Assembly (NCBI RefSeq): GCF_003057965.1
Contig: NZ_CP020921.1
Span: 670,916-734,915 of the forward strand
DNA: 64,000 nt
Origin: Thermodesulfobium acidiphilum
GTDB taxonomy: Bacteria > Thermodesulfobiota > Thermodesulfobiia > Thermodesulfobiales > Thermodesulfobiaceae
Reading direction: 5' to 3'
Part shown: piece by piece, positions 51,679 to 62,267 of the stretch
Layout of the letters: the number at the start of each line of letters is the position of its first letter
How positions within the stretch are numbered: position 1 is the first letter of the stretch
Translations under genes and position numbers: made by a program
Notes under the pieces: generated by a model
The model's input: only the letters and a program-made list of their open reading frames with translations
Told to the model about the DNA's origin: nothing
Database searches by the model: none

Positions 51679-52941
51679 GTGAAAGGTTTGGCCAAAACTA
51701 TGGTACAAAAGATCTTTGAAAGGAAGATTGAAAGTGATGTAAAATCAGGGATGATGATAATTGTGCCTGTTGATCTGGTTTACGTTCAGGATGGTACAGG
51801 ACCTTTATCCTTTAGACAATTTGAAAAGCTTGAAAAGGATAGTCTGGCATTTTCCGAGAATACCGCTATATTTTTAGATCATGCTGCTCCTTCCCCAAGA
51901 AAGGAGTTATCAAATGATCATATATATTTAAGAACAATGGCTTCAAAATTGGGTTGTAAAATATACGATGTGGGAGAAGGCGTTTGTCATCAAATAGCAA
52001 TAGAGTCTCTTGTAAGGCCCTTTGACATAGTTGTTGGTGCAGATTCCCACACGTGTACAGGTGGTGCTCTTGGAGCTTTTGCTACTGGTATGGGTTCTAC
52101 CGATATAGCTGTGTCTATGGGACTTGGAAAGAACTGGTTTAGAATTCCTGAGAGTATACTCATAAAACTTATTGGCAAGATGCCTAAATACATCACTGGA
52201 AAGGATATTATTATATCCATTGTAAAGTATTTCGGATCGAATGGTGCTAGCTATCAAGCGCTGGAATTTTCAGGAGATATAGAAAATATTTCAATTTATG
52301 ATAGATTGACGATATCAAATATGGCAATTGAGTGTGGTGCAAAGGTTGGGATATTCCCATCTGATGAGGTTACGAGAGAATTTCTTGAAAAAAACAATCG
52401 ATTTGAAGACTTTAAAGAATTAAAGCCTGATCCGGATGCGGAATACATCGATAGACTGGAGTTCAAACTTGATGAGATTGAGCCGATGGTGAGCGTCCCT
52501 CATTATGTGCACACTGCAAGGAGAGCAAAGAATCTAAAAGATATAAAAATAAATCAGGTTTTTTTAGGCTCTTGCACGAATGGCAGGCTGGAGGATTTAA
52601 GGATGGCTGCAAAGATATTGAAGGGAAAGAGCGTCGCAAAGGGCGTAAGGCTGATAGTGGTTCCCGCATCAAAGAAAGTATATCTGGATGCTATCAAAGA
52701 AGGTATTATTGAAACTTTGGTAAATTCTGGGGCGAGCATAATGGCACCAGGATGTGGACCCTGTGTAGGCGTTCATGAAGGAATCTTGGGCGACAACGAA
52801 GTAGCACTTGCCACGTCAAATAGAAATTTTCGTGGCAGAATGGGAAACCCTGATTCATATATATACCTGTCTTCGCCACTTACAGCAGCAGCCTCTGCGA
52901 TTACAGGATATATTACCGATCCAAGAGAGTTTGACATTTAG
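51679..52941 (+). CDS. LeuC/HacA-like aconitase-family hydratase, large subunit
   Basis: DHAAP, GVCHQ, GADSHTCT.GA, GSCTNGR, PGCGPC, SNRNF.GRMG. Confidence 0.9.
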   Translation: MKGLAKTMVQKIFERKIESDVKSGMMIIVPVDLVYVQDGTGPLSFRQFEKLEKDSLAFSENTAIFLDHAAPSPRKELSNDHIYLRTMASKLGCKIYDVGEGVCHQIAIESLVRPFDIVVGADSHTCTGGALGAFATGMGSTDIAVSMGLGKNWFRIPESILIKLIGKMPKYITGKDIIISIVKYFGSNGASYQALEFSGDIENISIYDRLTISNMAIECGAKVGIFPSDEVTREFLEKNNRFEDFKELKPDPDAEYIDRLEFKLDEIEPMVSVPHYVHTARRAKNLKDIKINQVFLGSCTNGRLEDLRMAAKILKGKSVAKGVRLIVVPASKKVYLDAIKEGIIETLVNSGASIMAPGCGPCVGVHEGILGDNEVALATSNRNFRGRMGNPDSYIYLSSPLTAAASAITGYITDPREFDI

Positions 52942-52977
52942 TTATCAGGAGTAAATTTATTTTAGGAGGACTGAAAA

Positions 52978-53481
52978 TTGATTATATCGGGAAGAGTAAT
53001 AAAAGTTCAAGACAATATATCCACAGATCATATAATTCCGGGAAGATATTTTCATTTAAGATCAGATCTGAAAAAGCTATCTGAACATACCCTTGAAGAT
53101 GTAGTGGAAAACTTTTACGAAAAAGCAAAGAACGGTGTAATACTGGTGGGCGGTAGCAATTTTGGCATAGGTTCCTCAAGAGAGCATGCTCCTATAGTAT
53201 TAAAAATGAGCGGTGTAAAGGCAGTAGTAGCAAAATCCTTTGCCAGAATATTTTTCAGAAATGCTATCAATATTGGTCTTCCTGTAATTATTGTAGATAC
53301 ATCAAAAATTTTTGATGGAGACGACATCACAATAGATCTCGAAAAGGGCGTTTTAAGAGAAAGGAGAGATAGTTATAAGCTAAATTTTCCTCCCCTGGAT
53401 ATCAGAATTCAATCAATAATAGATGAAGGCGGAATTGTAAATTACATAAAAAAACATGGCGACATTTCGTTTGAGATGTAA
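52978..53481 (+). CDS. LeuD/HacB-like aconitase-family hydratase, small subunit
   Basis: DNISTD.IIPGRY, NFG.GSSREHA, SFARIFFRNAIN.G. Confidence 0.9.
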   Translation: MIISGRVIKVQDNISTDHIIPGRYFHLRSDLKKLSEHTLEDVVENFYEKAKNGVILVGGSNFGIGSSREHAPIVLKMSGVKAVVAKSFARIFFRNAINIGLPVIIVDTSKIFDGDDITIDLEKGVLRERRDSYKLNFPPLDIRIQSIIDEGGIVNYIKKHGDISFEM

Positions 53482-53641
53482 ATAGCCTAATAAAATCACC
53501 TAATACAATAGAAACAAAAGTTTTTTTAATGGATATTATAAAATATGTAAATAAGGTAATAGTACTTTTAGTAATATAATTTTGTATATAGCTTATTTAT
53601 TAACAATACAAAACATTATATTTTGTTTGAAAGGGGAAGTT

Positions 53642-53857
53642 ATGTCACAAAGTTCTCGTCTAGAACCTGTGGTAAACAGGGCTTTTTGCAAGGGGTGCGG
53701 GATATGTATAGAATTTTGTCCGGCAAACATTCTTGAATTCGATGAGCAGAGAAAGTGTAGAGTAACTGATCCCGAGAAGTGTATAAATTGCTATCAGTGT
53801 GAGTTAAGATGTCCAGATTTTGCGATAGAACTTGTTGAAAAAGGTGAAAAAAAATGA
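53642..53857 (+). CDS. korD: 2-oxoacid:ferredoxin oxidoreductase delta (2x4Fe-4S) subunit
   Basis: CKGCGICIEFCP and CINCYQCELRCPDFAI; ATG after AAGGGG. Confidence 0.88.
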   Translation: MSQSSRLEPVVNRAFCKGCGICIEFCPANILEFDEQRKCRVTDPEKCINCYQCELRCPDFAIELVEKGEKK

Positions 53858-54990
53858 GCGCAAAACTAATTCAGGGTAATGAAGCAGTGGTTTACGGAGC
53901 AATTAAAGCAGGACTAAAATTTTTTGCAGGATATCCAATTACTCCTTCTACAGAGATAGCAGAAATGTGTGCAAGAGATCTACCAAAGGTTGGGGGAGTT
54001 TTTATCCAGATGGAGGATGAAATATCTTCGATAGCGGCTTGTATTGGTGCATCATTAGGCGGGTTTAGAGCTATGAGTGCAACTAGTGGTCCTGGTTTTT
54101 CTCTTATGCAGGAAAATATTGGTTATGCAATAATGGCAGAAGTGTCAGTTATCATTGTAAATGTACAGAGAATGGGGCCAAGTACAGGAATAGCGACAGC
54201 ACCATCTCAATCTGATTATATGCAGGTAAGATGGGGGACACATGGAGATCATCCAATGGTTTCATTTGCACCATTTTCTGTTGAAGAATGTTTTACTGAA
54301 GTTGTAAGAGCGTTTTATTGGTCTGAGAGGATTTCATCTGTAGTAGTTTTACTTCTTGATGAGGTAGTAGCTCACATGAGAGAAGGTATAGACATTGATA
54401 ATATTAAAGATGTTGTTCAGATTCCCGAACGTGGTCCATTTCCTGAGGAAAAAGAAGGATATCGACCTTATAGAGTTGAGATAGATAAGGGAGCAAAATT
54501 GCCACCTCTTGGAACAGGCTACAGGTTCAACGTTACAGGTCTAGTGCACGATGAGTTAGGCTTTCCTGTAGAGAATCCTGAAAAAACAGAGTTCTTGATT
54601 AAAAGATTGCACAATAAAGTAGATGCAGTTGAAGATGAGATAACTTCTTATGACGAAAGGTATACAGAAGATGCTGAAGTGATAGTTATTTCTTATGGTT
54701 CGGTTGCCAGATCAAGTTTACGTGCTGTAAGAGAACTTAGAAAGAACAACGTTAGAGTTGGCTTTTTTAGACCAATTACGGTATGGCCATTTCCCTCGAA
54801 AAGAGTGAGGGAACTATCAAAGAACGTTAAAAATATAATTGTGGCAGAAATGAGTATGGGCCAAATGGTACTTGAGGTAAGGAGATCGATTGTAGAAAAT
54901 TGTAATGTAACTTTGATTCAAGGCATAAAAGGAGAGCTTATTACTCCAGATATCATATACAACACTGTAAATGAGGTGATCTCAAAATGA
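53854..54990 (+). CDS. korA: 2-oxoglutarate:ferredoxin oxidoreductase alpha subunit
   Basis: FFAGYPITPSTE, QMEDEI, ATSGPGFSLMQE, QR.GPSTG, WGTHGD. Confidence 0.88.
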   Translation: MSAKLIQGNEAVVYGAIKAGLKFFAGYPITPSTEIAEMCARDLPKVGGVFIQMEDEISSIAACIGASLGGFRAMSATSGPGFSLMQENIGYAIMAEVSVIIVNVQRMGPSTGIATAPSQSDYMQVRWGTHGDHPMVSFAPFSVEECFTEVVRAFYWSERISSVVVLLLDEVVAHMREGIDIDNIKDVVQIPERGPFPEEKEGYRPYRVEIDKGAKLPPLGTGYRFNVTGLVHDELGFPVENPEKTEFLIKRLHNKVDAVEDEITSYDERYTEDAEVIVISYGSVARSSLRAVRELRKNNVRVGFFRPITVWPFPSKRVRELSKNVKNIIVAEMSMGQMVLEVRRSIVENCNVTLIQGIKGELITPDIIYNTVNEVISK

Positions 54991-55814
54991 TTGGGGAGCT
55001 TGTTAAAAGATATCTAAGAATGGATAGATTGCCTCATATGTGGTGCCCTGGTTGTGGACACGGTATTGCCCTTGGTGCGCTTCTCAGGGCTTTTGATAGG
55101 GTAAAGATTGATAAGGATAGGACAGTTATACTCTCTGGCATCGGTTGTGCTTCTAGAGTAGTGGGATACTTAGATTTTAGTACTGTTCATACTACTCACG
55201 GTAGGGCTCTAGCTTTTGCAACCGGATTGAGGCTTGTTAGAGATGACGTAAAAGTCATCGTGATAATGGGCGATGGAGATGCTTTGGCTATTGGCGGCAA
55301 TCACTTTATACACGCCTGTCGAAGAAATATTGATATAACTGCAATTGTTTTAAATAATCAGATATATGGTATGACAGGTGGACAAAGTTCACCTACTACT
55401 CCCCAATCTATGTTATCTACTACCACGCCGTATGGAAATTTTGCACGAGCATTTGATTTTTGTAATCTCGCTATCGGTGCAGGAGCCACTTATGTGGCAA
55501 GGGCTACTACATATCATGTCTCACTTATGACTGAACTTTATGCGAGCGCTATAAAACATCACGGTTTTTCTTTTGTAGAAACTTTTACACAGTGTCCAGT
55601 GAATTATGGGAGAAGAAATAAGTTTCCTGATCCTGCTTCGATGCTCAAATATATGAAAGATATTTCTGTGCCATTTAAGGTGGCTCAGAATATGGGAAGC
55701 GATGAGTTACAAGGAAAGATTGTGATAGGTGAACTAATAAAAGAAAAAGAAGATGTAGAGCTAAATAAAGTAGTTAGAGAGCGCATAATGAAATTTAGAG
55801 GAGGTGCCCAGTGA
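54987..55814 (+). CDS. korB: 2-oxoglutarate:ferredoxin oxidoreductase beta subunit
   Basis: WCPGCG, GIGC, HTTHGRA, GDGD..AIGGNH, NN.IYGMTGGQ.SPT. Confidence 0.88.
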   Translation: MIGELVKRYLRMDRLPHMWCPGCGHGIALGALLRAFDRVKIDKDRTVILSGIGCASRVVGYLDFSTVHTTHGRALAFATGLRLVRDDVKVIVIMGDGDALAIGGNHFIHACRRNIDITAIVLNNQIYGMTGGQSSPTTPQSMLSTTTPYGNFARAFDFCNLAIGAGATYVARATTYHVSLMTELYASAIKHHGFSFVETFTQCPVNYGRRNKFPDPASMLKYMKDISVPFKVAQNMGSDELQGKIVIGELIKEKEDVELNKVVRERIMKFRGGAQ

Positions 55815-56380
55815 CAAAGGAACTAAGATTTGCCGGAACTGGGGGTCAGGGTCTGATACTTGCAGCTATCATATATGCTGAGGCTGCCCTCTACGATGGA
55901 TACAGGGTTTTACAGAGCCAATCGTATGGACCAGAGTCAAGAGGAGGGGCAAGTAAGGCAGACTGCATCATTTCTGATACAGAGATAGATTATCCGAAAG
56001 TATATCTAGCTGACTTTTTGCTTGCTATGTCACAAAAGGCATATGATAAATATAAAAAAGACGTTAAAAATGGTTCTGTTATATTGTTCGATTCTACTTA
56101 CGTTGAAGTGGAAAAAAGAGAAGAAAATATTATTTATTTCAGTGCTCCTATATCAAAAACGGTAAGAGATAGGATAGGCAAAGAACTAGCATCAAACATA
56201 GCTGCCCTTGGAACCATTTCTGTTGTATATCCTTTAATTGGCGAAGAAACCTTATTGAAAGCTATTTTAAACAGGGTGCCAAAAGCAACAATAGAGTTGA
56301 ACAAAAGCGCATTTGATATAGGGAAACAATTAGGCAAGGAGATCTTGGAGGCTAAAGGTTCTATAGAATTTGTATTTTAA
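55811..56380 (+). CDS. korC: 2-oxoglutarate:ferredoxin oxidoreductase gamma subunit
   Basis: AGTGGQG, QSYGPESRGGAS. Confidence 0.88.
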   Translation: MTKELRFAGTGGQGLILAAIIYAEAALYDGYRVLQSQSYGPESRGGASKADCIISDTEIDYPKVYLADFLLAMSQKAYDKYKKDVKNGSVILFDSTYVEVEKREENIIYFSAPISKTVRDRIGKELASNIAALGTISVVYPLIGEETLLKAILNRVPKATIELNKSAFDIGKQLGKEILEAKGSIEFVF

Positions 56381-56394
56381 TAAGGGGTGAATTA

Positions 56395-57492
56395 ATGAGA
56401 CTTTTTGAATATCAGGCTAAAAGTATTTTAAATCAATATTTGAAAGTACCAGAAGGGGTCCTTGTTGAAAAAGAAAATATGGGGCAAATGATTAAGAAAT
56501 TAAATTTACCATGCATTCTAAAGGCACAGGTAAAAGTTGGAGGTAGAGGGAAGGCTGGGGGAGTTTTGAAAGTAAAGGATTTAAATGAGTTAAAAAGTAG
56601 TCTTGAAAAACTTTTTTCTATGGAAATAAAAGGGGAGAAAGTTAACAAAGTGCTTGCAGAAGAGCTAATAGATATTGACAGAGAACTTTATTTTAGCGTG
56701 ATTTTCTATAGACCTTCTAGAAGATATATGATGGTTTTTTGCAAAGAAGGCGGAGTTGACATAGAGCAGCTTGCTGAGGTAAAACCTGATGCTATTAATA
56801 AAGTTAAGATAGATCCAATTATAGGTTTAAAGGATTTTATGATAAGAAACTTGATAAAAGATTTTGAACTTTATAGCATATTAAACCAGTTTATAAAAAG
56901 TGCGTATAAAATTTTTGTTGAAAAAGACCTTGTAATACTTGAAATAAATCCTCTTGTTATCACGAAAGATAAAGAACTAATTTGTGCAGATGCAAAGGTG
57001 GAGTTTGACGATAATGCCCTTTATAAGCATCCCGAATTTGAGGCTTTTCTTGAACAATCTGAAATAAAGGCAAGAAATTTAGGCTTTTCATTCGTACCTT
57101 TAGAGGGAGATATTGGAATTTTAGGAAATGGTGCAGGATTAGTTTTAGCTACTATTGACTCTGTAACCAGAGCAGGTGGAAAATGTGCTAACTTTTTAGA
57201 TATTGGAGGCGGAGCAAAAGCTGAGAGGGTTAAAAGCGCACTTAAATTTTTAGTAGAGCAAAGGCAACCGAAAGGTATCTTAATAAACGTATTTGGTGGA
57301 ATTACAAGAGCTGATGAAGTAGCAAAAGGCTTATTAGAATTTGAGGAAGAGCAGAAATTAAATCTTCCAGTAGTAGTAAGGCTTTCTGGAACTAAAGCTG
57401 AAGAGGGATTAGAAATGCTTCGGGGAAGATTTGAAATAGTTTCGTCTTTGAGAGATGGTGCTAAAAAGATAGTAGAGTTAGTTAATCAATAA
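56395..57492 (+). CDS. sucC: Succinyl-CoA synthetase beta subunit
   Basis: M.LFEYQAK, KAQV..GGRGKAGG, EINPL, NGAGL, ANFLDIGGG, FGGITR. Confidence 0.9.
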   Translation: MRLFEYQAKSILNQYLKVPEGVLVEKENMGQMIKKLNLPCILKAQVKVGGRGKAGGVLKVKDLNELKSSLEKLFSMEIKGEKVNKVLAEELIDIDRELYFSVIFYRPSRRYMMVFCKEGGVDIEQLAEVKPDAINKVKIDPIIGLKDFMIRNLIKDFELYSILNQFIKSAYKIFVEKDLVILEINPLVITKDKELICADAKVEFDDNALYKHPEFEAFLEQSEIKARNLGFSFVPLEGDIGILGNGAGLVLATIDSVTRAGGKCANFLDIGGGAKAERVKSALKFLVEQRQPKGILINVFGGITRADEVAKGLLEFEEEQKLNLPVVVRLSGTKAEEGLEMLRGRFEIVSSLRDGAKKIVELVNQ

Positions 57493-57514
57493 ATCGTTTG
57501 TTGGAGGTGTCAAT

Positions 57515-58474
57515 TTGAGTATTCTTTTAGATAAAAGAAGTAAAATTCTGGTACAGGGTATTACGGGCAGAGAAGGTTCTTTTCATGCAGAACAGATGTT
57601 AAACTACCCGAGCAAAGTCGTAGCAGGGGTTACTCCAAAAAAGGGCGGGACTTTATTTTTAGATAAAATACCAATTTTTGACTCTGTTGAAGAAGCAGTA
57701 AAAAAGACCGGCGCAAATGTTAGTGTAATTTTTGTTCCTCCATTTGCATGTCAGGATGCTATATTTGAAGCAATATTTGCGAAAATTAAATTAATAATAT
57801 GCATTACAGAAGGCGTAAGTTTACATGAGATGGCAGATGTATATAGCTTTTTAAAAACAAAAAAAGATATAAGGCTAATTGGCCCTAATTGCCCAGGATT
57901 GATAGTGCCAGGTGTATGTAAAGCAGGAATTATGCCTGCAAATGCCTTTATGCCAGGTTCTGTAGGAATAGTATCAAGATCAGGCACACTCACTTATGAA
58001 ATTTCTTATATGCTGACCTCCAATGGGATTGGTCAGTCCACTGTAGTTGGGATCGGTGGGGATCCTGTTATTGGTACAACATTTAAAGACATTCTCATGC
58101 TTTTTGAAAGAGATTCTCAAACTGAATTGGTATTTTTAATTGGGGAAATTGGCGGTACTGACGAAGAAGACGCATGTGAATTTATTAGAGAAATGACGAA
58201 GCCTGTTGTAGCTTTTATTTCTGGTGCAAGTGCGCCTGAAGGTAAGAGAATGGGACATGCGGGGGCAATTGTTTATGGAAAGATGGGTAGCGTCCAGAGC
58301 AAGATAGAAACCTTCAGATCGACAGGAGTGCTGGTAGCTGAAAGCATTGACGATCTTTTAAGTATTGCAAAAAGATCTCTAGGAGTGGTGAGAACTTCAA
58401 AAGAATCAAAGCAACACTTATTCGAATATTATATTTCGCAAATTGAAGGAAGAGATTTTAGCGGTAGATTTTGA
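57515..58474 (+). CDS. sucD: Succinyl-CoA synthetase alpha subunit
   Basis: [35 protein letters not shown] phospho-His. Confidence 0.92.
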   Translation: MSILLDKRSKILVQGITGREGSFHAEQMLNYPSKVVAGVTPKKGGTLFLDKIPIFDSVEEAVKKTGANVSVIFVPPFACQDAIFEAIFAKIKLIICITEGVSLHEMADVYSFLKTKKDIRLIGPNCPGLIVPGVCKAGIMPANAFMPGSVGIVSRSGTLTYEISYMLTSNGIGQSTVVGIGGDPVIGTTFKDILMLFERDSQTELVFLIGEIGGTDEEDACEFIREMTKPVVAFISGASAPEGKRMGHAGAIVYGKMGSVQSKIETFRSTGVLVAESIDDLLSIAKRSLGVVRTSKESKQHLFEYYISQIEGRDFSGRF

Positions 58475-59485
58475 TTAACATATTCTGGGCAAGTTTTCAC
58501 CTATTGGCATATCCAGGAATCTTTTGCCGCCTATCTTTGTGTTAAGAATAACTCTTCGTGATACCTTATTAGTTGCTGTGCCTATTATAGCAGCATCCTT
58601 TCCAAGTGGATGAGACTTTAGCATGTTTAGTAGTTCCTCAGCGATATCTGGAGAACATGCTATGAGCATCTTCCCTTCGCAAGTCATAGTAAACGGGTCA
58701 AGACCTAAAGGATCAAGAAGACCATAGATTTCATCCTTTATTGGGACCTTTGCTTCATCTACTTCAATGCAAATATTTGAAGATGAAGCAAACTCGTTTA
58801 AGACTGTAGAAAGGCCTCCTCTTGTGGGATCCCTCATTGCGTGTATTTCGTTTTGAAACCTTTCTACTGCAGGTAAAATAAGCTTGTCAAGGCAGGCGCA
58901 GTCGCTTTTTATGTTTGACTTTAGGGGAAAATCTTCTCTAGCAAGCATAATAGCGCAGCCGTGATCAGCAATAGTTCCTGTAATGATGAAAACGTCGTTT
59001 TCTTTGATATTTCTAGAGTTAATTGATAAAGTAGATTTTTTTTGTCCTACACCGGATACGCTTAAGTAAACTCCATCTCCTTGCCCTTTGGGGACTACTT
59101 TTGTGTCTCCTGCAACAACCTTTACGTTGCATTCATCTGATGCTTTTTTAATTTCATTAGCAAGTTCTTTAATTAGACTAATTTCGACTCCTTCTTCTAT
59201 TATCCATCCTAGAGTTAGATAAAGAGGTTTTGACCCCATAGCTACTAGGTCATTGATAGTACCGTATATAGCAAGTAGCGAAAGATTTCCACCAGGAAAA
59301 AAGATTGGCTTTACTAGATGAACATCAGTGCAAAAGGTAAGTTCGTTTTCTCTACCTGAAAAATCTAAAACTGCAGCATCATCAAACTTTAAAGGCTTTT
59401 CTAGATATATTGAGAAAACATTTTCAATTAATTCTGAGGTAAGTCTCCCACCCGCTCCATGCGCAAGCGTAATTATATTCGACAT
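58475..59485 (-). CDS. hypE: Hydrogenase maturation protein HypE
   Basis: HGAGG, FFPGG, GDTKVV, RDPTRGG, C-terminal LPRIC. Confidence 0.95.
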   Translation of the reverse strand: MSNIITLAHGAGGRLTSELIENVFSIYLEKPLKFDDAAVLDFSGRENELTFCTDVHLVKPIFFPGGNLSLLAIYGTINDLVAMGSKPLYLTLGWIIEEGVEISLIKELANEIKKASDECNVKVVAGDTKVVPKGQGDGVYLSVSGVGQKKSTLSINSRNIKENDVFIITGTIADHGCAIMLAREDFPLKSNIKSDCACLDKLILPAVERFQNEIHAMRDPTRGGLSTVLNEFASSSNICIEVDEAKVPIKDEIYGLLDPLGLDPFTMTCEGKMLIACSPDIAEELLNMLKSHPLGKDAAIIGTATNKVSRRVILNTKIGGKRFLDMPIGENLPRIC

Positions 59486-59532
59486 TAGTTTCCTCCCATA
59501 TCAATGATTTGGTGTTAAAAGGTATTTTTTAT

Positions 59533-60612
59533 TTATATTTTTCCATACTTATAATGAGCTGCACATGAACCTTCGGTAGATACCATGCATGGACCTACTG
59601 GCCTAATAGGAGTACAAGCTTTTCCAAAGAGTGGGCATTCATATGGTTCTATTAATCCCTGTAGAACTTCTCCACACCTGCAGCCTGGTGGATCGGGGCT
59701 TTTTTTACTTTTGAGATTAAATTTCGTTTTGGCACAAAATTTTTTATATTCATCTCTAAATCCTAGCCCACTATTTGGTATTGTTCCCATGCCTCTCCAC
59801 TCAGCGTCTTCAGTAACGAATACTTCGTTTATAAAATTCATGGCGTTAACGTTTCCTTCATCCTTTACTGCTCTGCTATAGTTGTTTACTACTTTTGGTT
59901 GATTGTCTTTTTGCATTTTTAGTAACTCTAATATAGCTGAAAGTATATCAACTGGATCAAATCCTGCTACCACTCCACCCTTATTAAATTTTTTTAAGAT
60001 ACCCCTATAAGGTTTTGTCCCGATTACAGTACTTACGTGGCCAGGATAAATGAAGCCATCAATTTTTGGATTTGTAGATAGGAGTGCATCAAGCGCTGGA
60101 GGAACAACTTTGTGGAATGAGAGAACACTGAAGTTATCAATATTTTGTTCTTTTGCTTTTTTTATAGTAGCTGCTATCGTTGGAGCTGTTGTTTCAAAGC
60201 CTATTCCGAGGAAAATAACTTCAGTTTCGGGATGCTCTGCAGCATACTTCAAGGCATCTAAAGGTCCATAAACGACCTCTACATGTTTGCCTTCAGATCT
60301 TGCTTGAGCTAGATTTGACTTTGATCCAGGGACTTTTAGCATATCACCAAAAGTTGTTATACAGATATTTGGGATCGAAGCAGCTAAAATAGCAAGATCA
60401 CAGTCACCCTGCGATGTTACGCAAACTGGACAACCAGGTCCTGAAATGTGTTTGATGTTTTTGGGAAGTAGAAATTTAATTCCAGATCTTAAGATACTTA
60501 CTGTATGTGTTCCGCAAACCTCCATAAAGGTATATGGAAAATCAAATTCTTTTATTTGATCTAATATTTTTTGTGATATTTCTGGAGATTTGAACTCATC
60601 AAGCCAATTCAA
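59533..60612 (-). CDS. hypD: Hydrogenase maturation protein HypD
   Basis: MEVCGTH, GPGCPVC, GFETT, PGHVS, GPCMVS.EG.C; start TTG 60612 or 60627. Confidence 0.95.
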   Translation of the reverse strand: MNWLDEFKSPEISQKILDQIKEFDFPYTFMEVCGTHTVSILRSGIKFLLPKNIKHISGPGCPVCVTSQGDCDLAILAASIPNICITTFGDMLKVPGSKSNLAQARSEGKHVEVVYGPLDALKYAAEHPETEVIFLGIGFETTAPTIAATIKKAKEQNIDNFSVLSFHKVVPPALDALLSTNPKIDGFIYPGHVSTVIGTKPYRGILKKFNKGGVVAGFDPVDILSAILELLKMQKDNQPKVVNNYSRAVKDEGNVNAMNFINEVFVTEDAEWRGMGTIPNSGLGFRDEYKKFCAKTKFNLKSKKSPDPPGCRCGEVLQGLIEPYECPLFGKACTPIRPVGPCMVSTEGSCAAHYKYGKI

Positions 60613-60868
60613 TGCTTTTTTCCTCAACTAATTTTGGTTCTTTTTTTTCGGGAGACAAATCTTCAAGTTCTTTCCATAGTTTTAAGGCTTCAAGTGCTGA
60701 TTCTTCATCAAGAATCTCCATTGCAAATCCTGCATGCACCAGTACATAATCTCCTACTTTAACTTCTGGTAGAAAAGCTGTACAGGCCTTGGTTTCTGTT
60801 CCCATATAATCGACAGTAGCCATGTCGTTTTCGATCGATTTGACTTTCATTGGAACAGCTAAACACAT
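60599..60868 (-). CDS. hypC: Hydrogenase maturation chaperone HypC
   Basis: MCLAVP, VGDYVLVHAGFA. Confidence 0.95.
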   Translation of the reverse strand: MCLAVPMKVKSIENDMATVDYMGTETKACTAFLPEVKVGDYVLVHAGFAMEILDEESALEALKLWKELEDLSPEKKEPKLVEEKSIELA

Positions 60869-61009
60869 AATGTCCTCCTAAAATTACTAATATATACTTA
60901 TTTTTATAAGTAACAACTATTATTCTACTACACTAATTAGTGTTAAATCAACAGTAATATTTTAACTTTATTGTATAATTATTAAATCAAATAATCAAAG
61001 AGGTGTGTT

Positions 61010-62200
61010 ATGAAATCTGAAGAGTGGATAGAGCTGGAACACAAGGTTCATTTGCAAACTTATAAAAGATATCCTGTAGTTTTGGCAAGCGGTGAGGGGG
61101 TGTATTTAAAAGACATTGAGGACAAGAAATATCTTGATTTTATAGGAGGTATATCAGTTTGTTCTCTTGGTCACTCTCATCCAGAAATTGCAGAAATTCT
61201 TCATAAACAAGCTCATACACTGATTCATGCAAGCAATTTATTTTATCACCCAAATCAAATCCTTCTTGCAAAGAAATTAGTAGACCTTTCTGGTCTGGGA
61301 AAGGTATTTTTCTGTAATTCTGGGGCAGAAGCAAATGAAGGTGCTCTAAAGATAGCTAGAGCTTACCACTTTTCTAAAGGCATTCCTGAAAAGAATAAAT
61401 TTCTTGCTTTTGAAGGTTCATTTCATGGCAGAACCTTTGGTGCACTTTCTGTGACAGGTCAAGAGAAATATCAGGAGCCATTTAGGCCACTTGTGCCTGG
61501 TGTAGTTTTTGGGCCTATGGACAATCTGGATAAATTTTTAGATATATTAGAAAATGAAGAGAATTTAGCGGCTGTAATAATGGAAACAATGCCTGTTGAG
61601 GGTATGGGCATTTTCGTTTTGCCAAAAAAATTCGTAAAGAGAGTCAGAGAAATATGCGATCAAAAGGATATTCTACTTATCTTAGATGAAGTGCAAGCAG
61701 GCATAGCGAGAACTGGAAAGATGTTTTGTTATGAACACTATGAAATAACTCCTGATATTGTCAGCCTTGCAAAGGGACTGGGTACAGGTGTTCCTATTGG
61801 TGCAGTATTAGCGAGGGATAGCGTAGCATCGCATTTGAAATATGGACAACACGCTACTACTTTTGGAGGATCCCCTTTAATTTGCTCTGTTAGCTTAAAA
61901 GTTCTTGAGATTATAGAAAGAGATAAAATTGTTGAACATGTGGCAAAATTGGGAAAGTTGGCCGATGAAGTTTTTGACAAATGGTTGAAAGAAGGATTAC
62001 TAAAGGATTATAGAGGAATGGGCCTTCTTTGGGGGATCGATCCTGTGAAAAAGACAGAAGAAGTTTTTAATAGAGCGTTTGAATTAGGCCTTTTTGTTAA
62101 TATGTTGGGGACTGATACCTTGAGAATTGCTCCACCTTTGATTATTTCAAATGAGGAATTTGAAAAGGGTTTGAATATTCTTGAGATAGCTTTAAAATAG
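61010..62200 (+). CDS. argD: Acetylornithine aminotransferase (class III)
   Basis: NSGAEANE, SFHGRT.GALS.T, DEVQ.G..RTG, AKGLG.GVPIGA, TTFGG. Confidence 0.85.
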   Translation: MKSEEWIELEHKVHLQTYKRYPVVLASGEGVYLKDIEDKKYLDFIGGISVCSLGHSHPEIAEILHKQAHTLIHASNLFYHPNQILLAKKLVDLSGLGKVFFCNSGAEANEGALKIARAYHFSKGIPEKNKFLAFEGSFHGRTFGALSVTGQEKYQEPFRPLVPGVVFGPMDNLDKFLDILENEENLAAVIMETMPVEGMGIFVLPKKFVKRVREICDQKDILLILDEVQAGIARTGKMFCYEHYEITPDIVSLAKGLGTGVPIGAVLARDSVASHLKYGQHATTFGGSPLICSVSLKVLEIIERDKIVEHVAKLGKLADEVFDKWLKEGLLKDYRGMGLLWGIDPVKKTEEVFNRAFELGLFVNMLGTDTLRIAPPLIISNEEFEKGLNILEIALK

Positions 62201-62215
62201 ATATATAGACAATAA

Positions 62216-62255
62216 AAAACACACCCTCTTTATAATTTCTTCGAGGGTGTGTTTT
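62216..62255. terminator. Bidirectional intrinsic terminator
   Basis: AAAACACACCCTC-loop-GAGGGTGTGTTTT between convergent genes. Confidence 0.8.
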
Positions 62256-62267
62256 AAAATTCTAAGA

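Noticed and set aside
56395..58474. Citryl-CoA synthetase or ATP-citrate lyase of a reductive TCA cycle
   Set aside because: Lengths and motifs fit ordinary SucCD next to kor genes; no citryl-CoA lyase is in the window.
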